This document shows positions 27,280 through 41,836 of a DNA stretch of 64,000 bases, piece by piece. Position numbers and translations under genes: made by a program. The notes under the pieces are model-generated. The model did no database searches. It had not been told where the DNA came from and saw nothing but the letters and a program-made list of their open reading frames with translations. The stretch's first letter is position 1. Each line of letters opens with the position of its first letter. The stretch is taken from positions 45,152,599 to 45,216,598 of the forward strand of contig NC_068998.1 of NCBI RefSeq assembly GCF_001194135.2, given 5' to 3'. Source of the DNA: Octopus bimaculoides (lineage: Eukaryota).

Positions 27280-27732
27280 TATATATATATATATATATAT
27301 ATATATATNNNNNNNNNNNNNNNNNNNNNNNNNNNNNNNNNNNNNNNNNNNNNNNNNNNNNNNNNNNNNNNNNNNNNNNNNNNNNNNNNNNNNNNNNNNN
27401 NNNNNNNNNNNNNNNNNNNNNNNNNNNNNNNNNNNNNNNNNNNNNNNNNNNNNNNNNNNNNNNNNNNNNNNNNNNNNNNNNNNNNNNNNNNNNNNNNNNN
27501 NNNNNNNNNNNNNNNNNNNNNNNNNNNNNNNNNNNNNNNNNNNNNNNNNNNNNNNNNNNNNNNNNNNNNNNNNNNNNNNNNNNNNNNNNNNNNNNNNNNN
27601 NNNNNNNNACTCAAGAATCCTTCAGACTTTGAGTCTCTCTGATACTTCTGCTAAATATTAATAAAAGCGTGTATGTGTGTGTTCAATATGACAGAAGCCA
27701 TATCAATACCAAAACGTAATATTTATCTCCAG

Positions 27733-27767
27733 TTACAAATCAAAATGAGCAACAGGGATATACAGAG
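27733..27767 (+). other. Candidate 35-nt exon
   Basis: atttatctccag|TTACAAATC...ATACAGAG|gtaatg; reads LQIKMSNRDIQ or TNQNEQQGYTE; no homology recognised. Confidence 0.15.
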
Positions 27768-28184
27768 GTAATGCAGTACGACCGTTTCATGCAACTCCAT
27801 TTAATTGAACAATGTAATTATTACCTCAATTTAAAATGCAGAGCAATCCTCAGCTGCACAAAGACATAGAATTTAATTAAATTAGAACAAATGGACACAT
27901 TAGTATAATACTATCTAAAATCTCCAAGAAGTTAAGGAGATAGACAAAGAACATGTTGTCTCTACTACAACATAGAAGCTAATATATATAGTCACTAAAA
28001 GTGCTCTCTCTTGGCTAAGAGTTATTCTGATTCTTATTTCTACCAATGCTGGTGCTGATTAGCACCCGCCATCTCTATAGTGACAACTATACTTGTTGCC
28101 TTTCAGTTCGAAATTGCACAGCCACCTTGATAATTTATATACACACACACACGCACTCTCTCAGAGTTAGACAGTCAAACTTAC

Positions 28185-28237
28185 TTGTTTATTGCCTCTG
28201 CTGTATTTTCTTTTAGAACTTGGTATTTTTCAACATA
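28185..28237 (-). CDS. Candidate 53-nt coding exon of an unidentified gene
   Basis: Minus strand: ctaac (branch-like)..actatccag|TATGTTGAAAAATAC...ATAAACAA|gtaagt. Only one frame is open (YVEKYQVLKENTAEAIN). Protein not recognised. Confidence 0.25.
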
Positions 28238-30989
28238 CTGGATAGTAGTTGCAGAGGTGATAAGGTTAGCAGGTATGAAGTGTGATAATGAAAGATGTTT
28301 CCTCGTTTCTGTGTGGCTGTGTGTGTTTCCTTCTTCATGAATAAAAGTTGTGTTTGAAATGTCATGTAACATTGTACAGGAGGGTGAGATAATAATAAAA
28401 TATACCACCTTACATTGTATTACCAGTGGAAATACTTTTATGTCTTAACATAAATAACTAATAATAAACGAACAAAGTAACAAATTGCAATTACTTGTGC
28501 AAATATTTCAGCACCCATTAGGTCTATTACAGCATTTCACTTGTACAGTCTTCTTGTTTGTAATTTTATTATATTTTGCATATTGCATACAGAAGATAAT
28601 CTACTCTCATTCTAACACTATTTTAAACTAATTTAAACTATTTTAATTTTTCCTCCAAAAGATCAGTAATTTTATGATATTTTTCTGCTTTTGTTGTTTC
28701 TGTTGTAAAATCATTGATGCTGTTTAAACATTTTCAGTTTTTGGATCTCATCTCTTTTTATCTCATTCGTGTCTTTTTCCCAAGTGTTTTGATATTGATT
28801 TCTTACACGGATATGATACGTTGGACATAATGGGATGTAGAGAGATGGGAGTGAGAATGAGTGATGTTCATCTCTTTAAATGATGTGAGTGAAATATCGT
28901 GGCCACAGATGCAAATCAAATCTGCTCATACAATCAGCTTTCTAGGTGTTTACCTTTACTCTTCAAGTATTCTAATATTGATTTCATACAAAAGTATAGG
29001 ATTCTTAGATTTATAAGGAAAGGCAAAATAGAATACTGTGATCTTCTTGCTTTTGCTAAATGAAATGAAATATAATGAGATTGCTACCAGACATCACACC
29101 GTTTATAGGAATCATTTCTTTTGATAAGACCTAAAGTCATTTTTCTCAAGAGAGATGTATAGTCAATTAAATTACTGGTACTTGTTTTATAGGTCTAGTA
29201 GAATTCAATTATGGCAGGGTTTAATCATAAGTCATAGAACAAAGAACTTATTCATCTCTTCTCATATTCCATAATTTCTTTCAAGTCACATTGCTTTTGT
29301 TTATATTTTCCCCTACATCTATCTTTATATATGAAGGTGTCCATCAGTCAGGGATTACCATGATTTGCACAGTAAAGTACCTCTCCAGAGTGGATATACC
29401 AAGAGAAGTGGATTAGTGGAACTGTTAGAGGGGAGAGACACTATATGGTGTGGCATTTGTTCCAGTTCTTTGTCTTGTTACAGCAATGCCTGTGATGACA
29501 ATGATGCCAGGCTGTATCTTACTAAGTTGACAGACTTTCCCTTGAATTAACATCAGTGGCATAGAGCGAGGTGACTTGCAAGAATGGACAACTTCTGGTT
29601 TTACTCCAAAACATCTTGTCTCTGAAGTGGTGATAAACTCTCAAGAGAACTGAACAACAGGTCTTCAAAGACTAAACCCCACTCAGGCAAGTGATTTGGT
29701 CCTTCTTACACCCTAAGGGGGCCAAGCCACGTCCAGGTCATAACAGATATATGGTCAGCGTTGACTGATGGAGACCCCTGTATGTATTTCCACTAAATAA
29801 CCTTAAATATTTCACCAATAAATATGTTTGTATTTTGCTTCTTTTACTTTTCTTTTCTCATTTTCATTCTGAAACATTTCTTCTCTACTTCTGTCTCCCT
29901 TATTCAACTTCTTCCTGCTTATTCTTCTTCCATTTTCCTTTCCTTTTTGCTTATCTTCTTTCTTCAATGTAATACAAAGAGTCACCTGCAACGTGCCATA
30001 CCTGTGTACTTACAATGTATTATTGTCAATGCAAGCAGGTTGCATCTTAAGTCACCAAAGTTTTCAAAGACTCTATTCTCTCTCAAAAAGACTTTTCTAT
30101 CGTCTTCTCCTAAGTCTTCGAAAATAAATAACATTAACATCTGATCCAGTTAATCAATGACTGCTTGAAAAGCTGCAAAGCTTTGTATTGCTATCCTATT
30201 AGTGATACTTCATATACTTGTCACCTGAGACCACAGGTAACCTTCCAATCCATTTTATCAATACAGACTTTATAATTGCATGCTAGTTTACTGCATGAAA
30301 CACATTCGTCTTTGTTAATACTCATTTTATACTTACCTTATTTCAATTTCCATAGGGAAATAGTTCTAAGCTGCTGCAGTATTTCAATAACCAGTTTTTT
30401 TTCCTTTCTTTTCTTTCTTTTTTTGGTCTGTTTTGGATAAATCTGCAATATCACCTCATTCCATATATCAATTTACTATCTCATTTATACTTGTGAGGCT
30501 GAACACTCTCTGTGACCGCTTCAATTTATTTCAGAATATTTTTAGACAATAGGGGAGTATCTGAAGAAAATTTGGCAGCAATTTCTCACAGATTAAGCAA
30601 CCCTCATATAAAGGTACCTTGAAATAACCTCATACACATATAACATCGCACTCACATCCTTTCATCATTCTCCCACCTCTGCTGCATAGTTATTCCAACT
30701 CTATGTATGTTACCAAAAAACTTTGTTCCACAACAACAGGCTTAATCCTTTAGTATTCAAATTATTCTGACAAATGTAATGTTTGTTTGTTTATTTATAT
30801 TGTTTTAAATTAATCATGCATTATTTTGTAGTTGAGAGATGTCAATGATGTGATTGCTTAGTTTTAGAATGACCCTTTAGGGATGAGGTGAGAGGAGAGA
30901 TCTGGCCAGTTTCAATATAAAATAGGTTAAATATTTTGGCCAGATATAGCCAGTTTGAATGCTAAAGGTTTACAGTAACACCTATGAAA

Positions 30990-31500
30990 TCCATTGTCTC
31001 CTTTCTTACTCTCACACTGAAAAGCATAAACATACAACGCAGAAAATACGCATACTTAGAGATAAATGTAATTTATCCACAATATTCACAGCATTCATAA
31101 GATATCGCAGACACCACATCTGGTAAACAGAAAGAAGCAACAACAATGGTACACAAGCAACACATTAGCCTTGTCTATCATGGACAATGCTAAGCCTACC
31201 TAGAACCTCAGTCTCACCACAACAAACCACTAAGGACACAAAACAGCTCACTACATATCATAACATGTTACTCACAGACCACACCTACAGACTATGTATG
31301 CAACAAAACAAAGATACAAAAAAAAATCAAAGATTACCAGGATGTATAGAGGACATATTTCTTTGCTGTGACAAACTTCGACTCCCATAGACTTGTCACT
31401 GCATGAAAAAATTCATCTCTAAACACACTGACACATGCAACACCACAGAATATTATGATGACAATATATCCTAAATACGTTACTTCTCAAACTCAGCATA
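30990..31500 (+). mobile_element. Decayed R4/Dong-like LINE, C-terminal restriction-like endonuclease region
   Basis: Frameshifted pieces QQWYT..MDNAKPT*N and NKP...ITCY..TTPTDYVCNKTKIQKKIKDYQDV resemble the WYEH.P..V.EN...LWD / N(K/R)PD..TC.LID...PTD....KE.EK..KY.DL pattern (by-eye alignment). Confidence 0.5.
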
Positions 31501-32047
31501 AAAAGCACGTACACACTGAAATAGCTGAAATGTCAATGGCCTAACTTGCTTCAAATACTGTACTGGATTGTACACCATCAACAATATGTGCAGATGTGCA
31601 GGGGAACAGCAAGTGTAGAGCAAGTTGACGTTGCTTGCTTCTGCTGTAGACACCTCTTGAAGCTACAGTTCTATAGAAACAGCCTAGAGAGATTGCAGTG
31701 TATCCAGACTGTTGTACTGTCCACCTCATACTATTCATCATTGCATGTTTGATTGTGTAGTATGTTCCTCAGTTAGGCAGAGACATGGTGCAACTGGAAA
31801 GATGAGTATTGCCGCGACATGACAACTTTATCAGGATTGACACGGGGCCATAGAAATAAACAGCAACAGCAACATGTCCCTTTTGATGCATATACAAATG
31901 TTTTATGTTCTCACTTGTACTTGTCCTTTCACATAAATTAGAACTGCATATATAAACAAAGACCCAGCTTCTTACTATGCTGCCCATTCAGACATTTATT
32001 GCTTATGATTCACTGCTGTACAACATGATATTTTATAGTTTGGCATC

Positions 32048-32106
<59 letters not shown>

Positions 32107-33274
32107 GAGAGAGAGAGAGATGTGTGGAGAGAGAAATCTTGTTGACAGAATTATATTGAAATATGTTTTATTTTATTTCATTTAGAATTCAACACAGATA
32201 AAATACTTTTTGTGATGTGTTGTGCTATGTTTTTGCCATCAATGACTGTAAATATGAATTGTTTGTAGATATCACCAATAAAGCAACAATGTTCATAATG
32301 CAATGAGTGGAGGCCTACTTAGAGCTGCAAGCAGTGAATTTGGGTGACAACAATTCTGTATTAGACATTTTGAATATTAAACATCATGACGAGTTTACTG
32401 TTTAACCAAAACAAACTGTCGAGCTGACATTCTCAATAGAAAGTCTAAAATAGGTAAAATGTGAGAACTTAATTAATTTTACTTAATTAATTCTACTCCT
32501 TACATACACACTACATATGTAAATACTGGGAAGAAATTTTACCAATTAGATGAAGAAAATCTTTCCTTATTTATATTCAAATCTTTGACATTTTAATTCC
32601 AATCAGACAATTCAATTAACACTTAATAGATTTTATATCATCAAACAAAGCTAACAATAACTATAGTGCCTTTGGAGATTTCGGCTGTTATTTATTGTTG
32701 TCTACCTTTCTAAAGTTAATTTCGGTTCTTATTTAATCTTCTAATGACATTAAATGACATGAACATCACAACTTCCCATCTTTCCTTCCTTGACATTCTA
32801 AATTTCAATTGCTTCTGCTACTACTACTACTTTTTGTTTAGATTTCTAATGGTTTGGTCTTGGAGCAGAGTTTCAGCCCATGGCTTTTGTAGGATCTCAG
32901 GAACCAGCAAGATCGATGCTGTTGATGTTTATCTTCAATATTCACAGGCAAAACACAGATAAGCAAGCATTTTCCGAGGGCTGATGTTCTGGGAAGAGTT
33001 TAATATATGACCAGAGTGGGGGTAGTCACAATATGGGGGATCAGAGGAGGAAAAAGTGAATTGAGTTGGACATGAATGGGAAGGTGACACGATACCAATT
33101 AGCTCTCAGGAACAGTGTAGCAGTAGTTGTACAGCCAGAGCAAGAACACAGTTTACCTGTTGACCAGGGGTTGAGATGGGTAGCTGCAAATATCCAGTTT
33201 GAGAATTAAGGGTCCACCAATTTTACATTACGCTAACCCTTGCTATGGACTCATCTGCTAATGATATGTCTAAT

Positions 33275-33715
33275 TGATTACAAATTCTGACATGGGGCCA
33301 GTAATTTTTGGAAGAGAGTATGTCAATTACATTGATCTAAGTGCTCAACTGTTACTTATTTTATCGACCCTAAAAGGATGAAAGACAAATTAAACTCCAG
33401 AGAAATTTGAACTCAGAATGTTGAGTCGGAAGAAATGCTGCTTAGCATTTTTCCCAGCACAATTACAATTCTGTCAGCTCATGGCCTTCAGTGTATCATG
33501 TAATATCGGTTTCAAATTTTAGCACAAAGCCAATCAGGGAGGGAGTAAGTCAATTACTTTGACCCCAGTGAGCAACTGGTACTTTTCTTATCGACTCCAA
33601 AAGGATGAAAGGTAAAGTCAATGTTAGTGGAAGTTGAACTGAAAATGTAAAGATGGACTAAATTCTGCTAAGCATGTTGTCCAGTGTGCTAACAACTCTG
33701 CCAGCTCGCCCCCTT
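33275..33715 (-). mobile_element. Two tandem SINE family A copies
   Basis: The core aaaaggatgaaag(a/g)(c/t)aaa..actcagaatg / actgaaaatg occurs twice (about 33370 and 33600). Confidence 0.8.
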
Positions 33716-33936
33716 CAGTGTCTTAACTAATATCAAAGTCTACCTTGATGTGACGTTTCAAATTATCAAATATATTGTGGTCATGCTAAAATATGGCTAA
33801 AGTTTTATGCAGAAGTCTCTGGAGAAAATCATTGATTTGGTGTGCCATTTTCACTGCACTCTTCCAGGTTTAACTGACTTAGATGTTATTTGATGCCATT
33901 ATTGATTGATAAAATTTACATATGTGCATGTGTGCT

Positions 33937-33968
<32 letters not shown>

Positions 33969-34670
33969 CTTGTGCACATATATATTTGTCATTGATTGGA
34001 AGGCACGTGAAGGATACATTTAATTAGAAGCACTAAAACTGAAATGATGAAGACATCTGATCTGCTTCTTCACACCATTACTGGATCTTTAACAAAAGAA
34101 GTAAAATATCAGATCAATATTGATAAGTAGGATATGCAGCAAGCTTTAGTTTTGTTTGAGTATCTTATGGCTTGAAGTGTTGCAGCATGGAACATAGTAA
34201 GGTTTAATGAAAGTTCAGTGAGCAATTATAAAATAGAAAGTAAAATCCTTCAAAAATAGAGGTTGTTATCTAATTTTGATTTCTGGTTGCTAATTTCAGA
34301 TTGCTAATATTCCTTGAGAATGGCATAGAGATACCAAAATTGATTTCTTCCTATCATTTATTTCTAATTTTTTTATGGTTCTTATAGAAGATCTCTTCAG
34401 TGCTCTTTCCATAGAGTATGGCTTAAAAATAATAAGTTAAAGATCATTTATCATCAAATATAACCATAGAACCTGCCTTAAGAGTTATCACTCTTTATAT
34501 TGGTTTCAAGTTTTGGCACAAAGCCAACAAGTTTGACTGGTACTCGTCCAACCCATGCTAGCATGGAAAACGGACGTTAAATGATGATGATATATATATA
34601 AGTAATGGTTGTTACCACCTCAGCATGGTTGTTTTGTACAGAACACTGTTACTACTCTTTTTAAACTCAG

Positions 34671-34712
<42 letters not shown>

Positions 34713-34964
34713 CAAGAATAAGGGCAGGGAATCGTCAATTAGTAATAGAATTAATAATTAACAATTTTGCCAAGTAGTTCAGTATGAAAAAAACCTTTAT
34801 CGGTAAAATCATTTATCATCGTTCTATGTGTGCCATAAATATCGCCATCCATTTAGAGGAAAATTTGTAGTTTAGAATCAGTAGTTTTTTGACTGCTATT
34901 TCTAAATTTTCAGTATGTTGGAGAAGCAACTCAATGCTAATCCCTGTATATTTACGATGATATA

Positions 34965-35062
<98 letters not shown>

Positions 35063-35972
35063 TGTATTGAACTTATATACAGTATCAGGTGCACACTGAC
35101 TCAGTGTGTGTGTATACATATATATGTGTTTGTGGTTGTCTTTTATATTTTTTTGTTTAAACATAATCGCCCACTGTTCCAAGGAGATGCTCTTCTGTAA
35201 AATACTTACCAGACAGATGAATTGAATAGCTAAAATTCTGTCAATATTGTCTGGCGTTCCCAAAAAGACGGTGATGTTATTGCAGAAGACTTGTCTTAAA
35301 TAATATGACATTTTGTTCAAACATCAGTTAGATTGATCTCAACCAATCAGCAATAAGATATTGTGAAGAAAGAACAAACTTGTCGTCGTTTGTTATTAAA
35401 TCGTTCCAGAGATTTTGAACAATTAGCAGCAGATGTGCATTTAAAAATTTGGTTTTCTTTGAATTTCATTGTTTAGTATTTCTTTATTATTATTATTATT
35501 ATTATTATTATTTGGATAATTTCGTTTTCTTTTTAAATCTTTAGCTACTTTGGAGTGAATAAATCAGTTTATAAATCACTTCAAGGACAAAATTATTGAC
35601 TCAAACCAGCTAATTCTTCAAGTTGAACTGCATGTTAACTGTTCAAGATTGACATTTCAAGTGTCTGATAGTTAGTTACTAAAAATACCGTTTTGATTGA
35701 GGGGGTGGAATAAATTGCATCAAAAGGTAGTTCATTAAATTACAAAATAATTGAGAAAGACAATAACAATACTGGTTACAGTGATGCTGATTGCATTGCT
35801 GGATTTATTAACGATAAAGTTAAAAGTCTTGAGATGACAGACTCGTTACTCTGAAGCTTTTACCTTGTTTCCAAAATGCTTAAGTGAGAGAGAATACAAT
35901 CTACCCATACCCTCCCCCTGAACAGGAGGCCAGTCTGTGACAAGGTTAACCTTCATCTACAACTGCTGAAAT

Positions 35973-36357
35973 GGGGGCACGATGGCCCAGTGGTCAGGGC
36001 AGCGGGCTCGCGGTCATAGGATCGCAGTTTCAATTCTCAGACCGGGCATTGTGAGTGTTTATTGAGTGAAAACACCTAAAGCTCCATGAGGCTCCGGCAG
36101 GGGATGGTGGCGAACCCTGCTGTACTCTTTCACCACAACTTTCTATCACTCTTCTTTCCTGTTTCTGTTGTGCCTGTAGTTCAAAGGGTCAGCCTTGTCA
36201 CACTGTGTCATGCTGAATATCCCCGAGAACTACGTTAAGGGTACACGTGTCTGTGGAGTGCTCAGCCACTTGAACGTTAATTTCACGAGCAGGCTGTTCC
36301 ATTGATTGGATCGACTGGAACCCTCGATGTTGTAAGCGACAGAGTGCCAACAACAAC
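35973..36357 (+). mobile_element. SINE family C, full length
   Basis: A-box tggcccagtggtcag, B-box-like gtttcaattctc, conserved body and caacaac tail. Confidence 0.9.
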
Positions 36358-37449
36358 TGCTGATGCTGTAACTCATTTTCGAGAATTGTAAAATTAAGGG
36401 CCTTGCTCAAGGACACAAGACACTGCCTGGTCAGGAACTGAACCCACAGCTTTATGATCGTGAGCTCAACACCCTAACCAACAGGCCATTTGCTGTCTAG
36501 CATCACTTATAGTGTGTAGCTATTGTTTACTTTACTAATCAGTGATTAAGCATAGGTTGCTGTTCAGATGCGGAGTAAAAAGTAATAAAAGTTTATTTTT
36601 GGATTAAAATATAACATTCAGCATTGATTTATTTAATACTTAGAATACATCAAGTCACTAAGTTCATTCAGAGAGTTTTTAGAATGTATAGTTTTACAAC
36701 TAAACTACTTACATGTTTCTATACTCACAAGTTTTCACAATGGATGACAATATTTTAAAAAAGATGGCAGCAGATGACACTACCTAAAGCATGTAATATT
36801 CTGTAGACTACTAAAAATGTCTTTGTGTCATGATTCTAGAGAAGACACAATATACAAGTTTCTTGGTACTGTCTTCAGAGTTGGGGCAAAAATGGAGGAC
36901 TGAGTCCAGCATCGGAAGCACTCATCAATTATACAATGCTCTGGCTGTCCATAAAGATGAACTCCTCCTGTAAATGGTGCCTGTTAGTAACAAACAGCCA
37001 GTTGTATAGAGGCATCAATGTAACACTAATCATAAGAAATAAATTGTTGCCTACTTGGACTCTCTTGTTCTTGCTAAAATCATTCTTTGTCTAATAATTG
37101 TGTAAAAGTGAACGTTCCTTATTTGGTAAACATTTTTGTTTGGTTAAATTCATCTGACTTTGAAAATATTTACAGTTATTTATCTTTTAATTTTGTAGCT
37201 AAAAGTAAAGTAATTTTCTCTTAGGCAGTTCTGTCCTATTTATTGATTGGAAATTTATTGAATTCAGTAGGATAATCTAAAAGAGAAGATTTGCCTCTTA
37301 AATTAGTATCTACTTATTTCATTATCTTTGTTATAACATCTGTTTTTCTGTCTCATGATGATTCAGAAATTATGTTATTTATTTGAAACGAAAAGACAAA
37401 TTATATTATTTAAATTCATCAGATCCAAATATTTATTTCTTGTAGACAA

Positions 37450-38700
37450 AGCATTAGACTGGGGGAAATAATATAGTGTATTATTCATACCTTTCCCAAG
37501 ATCATTAGCAATCTAACAACATAGATATTTCAACCAGGAAATACAAATAATTTTCAGATTTGGTTTGCAGAGAGATGAACACTGTTCTACAAAATTACCA
37601 CCTCATTCACAAGTATTTACAATAACTAGTTCCAGCAAGTTATAAAACTTTCATACACAGATGTTATTCAATACTCTGTTACTTTCCAGCATTGATGAAA
37701 TGTACAAGAGGTAACGGAAAGTTTGCATTAATATTTAACTAACTTATATCCAAATCTCAAAATGTTTACAGCTTCTGCTGTAGAGGTTAAAGATTCACAG
37801 TTGCAAGGTTACTTTTAATGTTTAACCCATCTTAACTGATAAAATTTTTGTTGGCGCTATCCAAATATCTTCTCCATCTTAACAATAATAAGACGTTCAA
37901 TGACATGGCTGCTGTTATTGATCCTATTATTAATCCAGCTTTTCAAAGCTCTTGACGTTAATTCTGACCTTATCTAAATTGTTACATTATAGGGGTCAAA
38001 CTATTTCCCACCATCCTTATTGGGTCTTCTTTAATATATTCTATTTAAGGAGAATACAGAATTTTAACTACACTTCTTATTTCTCAAACTGTTAATCACT
38101 GATTGTATAGAACTGCATATAACTAATCAATTTAATCGTATTCTGATTACTTATAGGTCATGGGTTCAAATTTATTGAAGATATTGTGATTCATTAATGA
38201 CAAAACCTTCACAATGCATTATTTCAGTCGATCTATCTTTGGGAACATCTAGTAAGCTATTTAAGAAAAGTTATTTTTCATCCATTTTTAACATCTTATA
38301 GATGTCAGTAGTTTCTGGCGCTAATAAATTCTTGAGATTTAGAAAAGAGTTAAACAGCTTTAAAATATTTACCTGCCTAAAAAACACACAGGTACAAATG
38401 CCCCACCGGTCATTGAAACTACTTAGCAGCTGTTTCTTCCCATCTTTCACTCCTACTCACAAATCTTAACATGCCTATACCAAACATTCTATTTGGTTCA
38501 TCCCTCCTATAACTGAGTTCCTTTAAAAAGCTCTAGTAGCTTCTTCATGGTTTCTTTCTGACATTTAATCTTCAACAACTTCAATTAAACATGAATGACA
38601 AATGAATCTCTGATTCCTCCTGTCATCTTAGTCTTCTTATATGAGTGATTGATGGCCCTAAGCTTTCCCTTTATACTAAATACATTAGAAAAGAAATACC
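37450..38700 (-). mobile_element. Possible highly decayed RTE-like LINE reverse-transcriptase relic
   Basis: Minus-strand fragments IRMVGNSLTPIM (like G.RQGD.LSP.LF) and RINNSSHVIERLIIV (like RINNLRYADD..L) occur in the expected order; many stops. Confidence 0.35.
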
Positions 38701-38843
38701 ATAAAAATTATGGTTAAGATCAAGAGGGTATAATATAAGTGTATAGTATTTCATCAGTTTTCTTAGGCATCAGACCTTACATAGGAGTTTATGTATGTTT
38801 TATCTAAAGTATGTACATGAGAAATACTATCTTGTGTGTGTGC

Positions 38844-38878
<35 letters not shown>

Positions 38879-40556
38879 NNNNNNNNNNNNNNNNNNNNNN
38901 NNNNNNNNNNNNNNNNNNNNNNNNNNNNNNNNNNNNNNNNNNNNNNNNNNNNNNNNNNNNNNNNNNNNNNNNNNNNNNNNNNNNNNNNNNNNNNNNNNNN
39001 NNNNNNNNNNNNNNNNNNNNNNNNNNNNNNNNNNNNNNNNNNNNNNNNNNNNNNNNNNNNNNNNNNNNNNNNNNNNNNNNNNNNNNNNNNNNNNNNNNNN
39101 NNNNNNNNNNNNNNNNNNNNNNNNNNNNNNNNNNNNNNNNNNNNNNNNNNNNNNNNNNNNNNNNNNNNNNNNNNNNNNNNNNNNNNNNNNNNNNNNNNNN
39201 NNNNNNNNNNNNNNNNNNNNNNNNNNNNNNNNNNNNNNNNNNNNNNNNNNNNNNNNNNNNNNNNNNNNNNNNNNNNNNNNNNNNNNNNNNNNNNNNNNNN
39301 NNNNNNNNNNNNNNNNNNNNNNNNNNNNNNNNNNNNNNNNNNNNNNNNNNNNNNNNNNNNNNNNNNNNNNNNNNNNNNNNNNNNNNNNNNNNNNNNNNNN
39401 NNNNNNNNNNNNNNNNNNNNNNNNNNNNNNNNNNNNNNNNNNNNNNNNNNNNNNNNNNNNNNNNNNNNNNNNNNNNNNNNNNNNNNNNNNNNNNNNNNNN
39501 NNNNNNNNNNNNNNNNNNNNNNNNNNNNNNNNNNNNNNNNNNNNNNNNNNNNNNNNNNNNNNNNNNNNNNNNNNNNNNNNNNNNNNNNNNNNNNNNNNNN
39601 NNNNNNNNNNNNNNNNNNNNNNNNNNTTTTTTTTTTTTTTTTTTTTTTGGCTCAAATATATTGACTTAATCACATAAAATTGCTTGTAACCTTAAATGTT
39701 TCTTTTTCATAACACCTATATTGCCATTGCTAGGCCCTATGAGAGGGAAGTTCAACTGGGCTCCAGAGAACTGTAAAGAAACTCATGGCTATAAGCCAGT
39801 ATCACCTTAAAATGAAAGAAAGCTAAGTACTCTTAAATTTTGGAAAGAAACTACCCCCACTATTCCCCACCCTGAGACCTGAAAGCAATTTTGTTCCACC
39901 TTGCTAAATTGCTTTGAGAGGCTCTGGCCTAGCAACAGCAACATTTGATTATAATTAATTAGACATCTACTCTCTACCTGATGTCTAAATTCTTCTCCCA
40001 GTAGCTTTGAGTTCATTTTCCCATGTGCTCTTCTTACTTAAGAGAGACTTAAAAAACAACTTCAAATATTGGATAATGATTATTATTAAGCGAAAGATTA
40101 TGTAACCAAAGCTGTTGTGTAATTCTGTTTTGATTTTCATTTCTTCCTTTCTCGTTTATTCCTTTTCTATCTTTCATAGAAATCTCTGTTTTGCGTGCAT
40201 TTGTTTAGTTTTAAACCATTTAATGTTTGCTCAATGCTTGTGAATGGATAGTTACCCAAACACTATAATTTAGTGGATTGTAACAACAAAGTCATCACAG
40301 TTAATCCTTAATAATATCTAAAGGTTATGACAGGAGACATGGAATTAGCTTAGTATCTGAGTTAATATGTTGCATATGTTGCAAACATGACTTATTTAAT
40401 TAGCTGGTTGGCTTTGATTATTATTAAGCACTGTAACGAATTGTTTGTTGAATACAAGATGTTACATAAATTGCACCAGATGATCTTGTTTAATTGTTTA
40501 ATCTATAAGCATTCCCTCTTTTTTCTTTCCTTTTATCTGTTCTATTATTCTTTAGT

Positions 40557-40936
40557 GGAAGCGCAATGGCCCAGTGGTTAGGGCAGCGGACTCGCTGTGA
40601 TAGGATCGTGGTTTTGAATCCCAGACCGGGCGTTGTGAGTGTTTATTGAGCAAAAACACCTAAAGCTTCACAAGGCTCCGGCAGGGGATGGTGGCGAACC
40701 CTGCTGTACTCTTTCACCACAACTTTCTCTCACTCTTACTTCCTCTTTCTGTTGTACCTGTAATTCAAAGGGTCAGCCTTGTTACACTGTGTCACGCTGA
40801 ATATCCCCAAGAACTGAGTTAAGGGTACACGTGTCTGTGGAATGCTCAGCCACTTGCACGTTAATTTCACGAGCAGGCTGTTCCGTTGATCGGATCAACT
40901 GGAACCCTCGACATCATGAGCGATGGAATGCCAACA
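40557..40936 (+). mobile_element. SINE family C, full length
   Basis: gcgcaatggcccagtggttagggcagcggactcg head; body near-identical to 35973-36357. Confidence 0.9.
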
Positions 40937-41199
40937 TTGTTCTTTGAGACACTCTTCATTTAAACTTTCCAGAACATTCAACCCAAGAAATGTAAACTCT
41001 CATTTGATTTTTTTTCTACAAAAGTTGTAACTTGTCTTACAGGTAGAATTAGAAATGATGTTGTGCTGTGACAGCAGCCAAGGGAAATGGTTGTGATTTG
41101 TGTGTGGTGCAGTGTAGTTAAGTACTTGTAAAATATTTCAAGGTGCAGCCTTAAAAAACAACCATTCTTTGAAGTTTTCCATTTTATGTTGTCTCCATC

Positions 41200-41300
41200 A
41201 ACATAATCATCATCTTCACTGCCACCACCACCATCATCATCACCACCACCACCTCCATAATCATCATCATCATTGTCATCATCATCATTGTTATTATCAT
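41200..41300. repeat. (CAT)n/(CAC)n trinucleotide tract
   Basis: Directly visible; it explains the D/G-rich ORF 40978-41361. Confidence 0.85.
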
Positions 41301-41836
41301 CAACAAAGTGCAAAAGAATGAGCGCCATGCCAAACTTGTCAGTTTTCTTCATGCAATACAAAGTAATTCCAACACCAACTTGGTTGGAATCTTGTTATTT
41401 CAAAGATCATGGTTGGAACAACCTTCATAAGGATTCCAGATATTTTATTGCAAATCACCAAATTACATTCCCTGGGTGAATTATTCTTGTTGCTTTCCAT
41501 TTTCTTTTTTTTTTCTGTTTTTCCTTTTGTTTTTTTTTGTTTTTTTTTGTTAATCAGTTTGTTAAAATCTTCCACAATAATACTGACTTTGATCTCTTAT
41601 TTCATTTCTACACATGGACAATTCTCTATTAGTTTTTGATATTTGTCTAGAATTACTTGGATACCCTTGGCTACTCTTTCTTGTGTTCATCAAGAACACA
41701 GAAGCAGATGATCAAAGTGTTTTTGGTGACGATTCTAATCATGGCCCTTCCAACATTTTTATAAAATGAGTTGTCTTAAAATTTTAGATTTCTAACATGT
41801 GGTTTCTATTTTATAGTAGATTGTGAAGAATATATT

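Noticed and set aside
29824-30340. Purine-rich minus-strand stretch resembling a LINE ORF2 relic
   Set aside because: No diagnostic motif survives; too ambiguous to call.
40978-41361. 127-aa D/G-rich ORF
   Set aside because: Produced by a (CAT)/(CAC)n tract; no splice support or recognisable domain.
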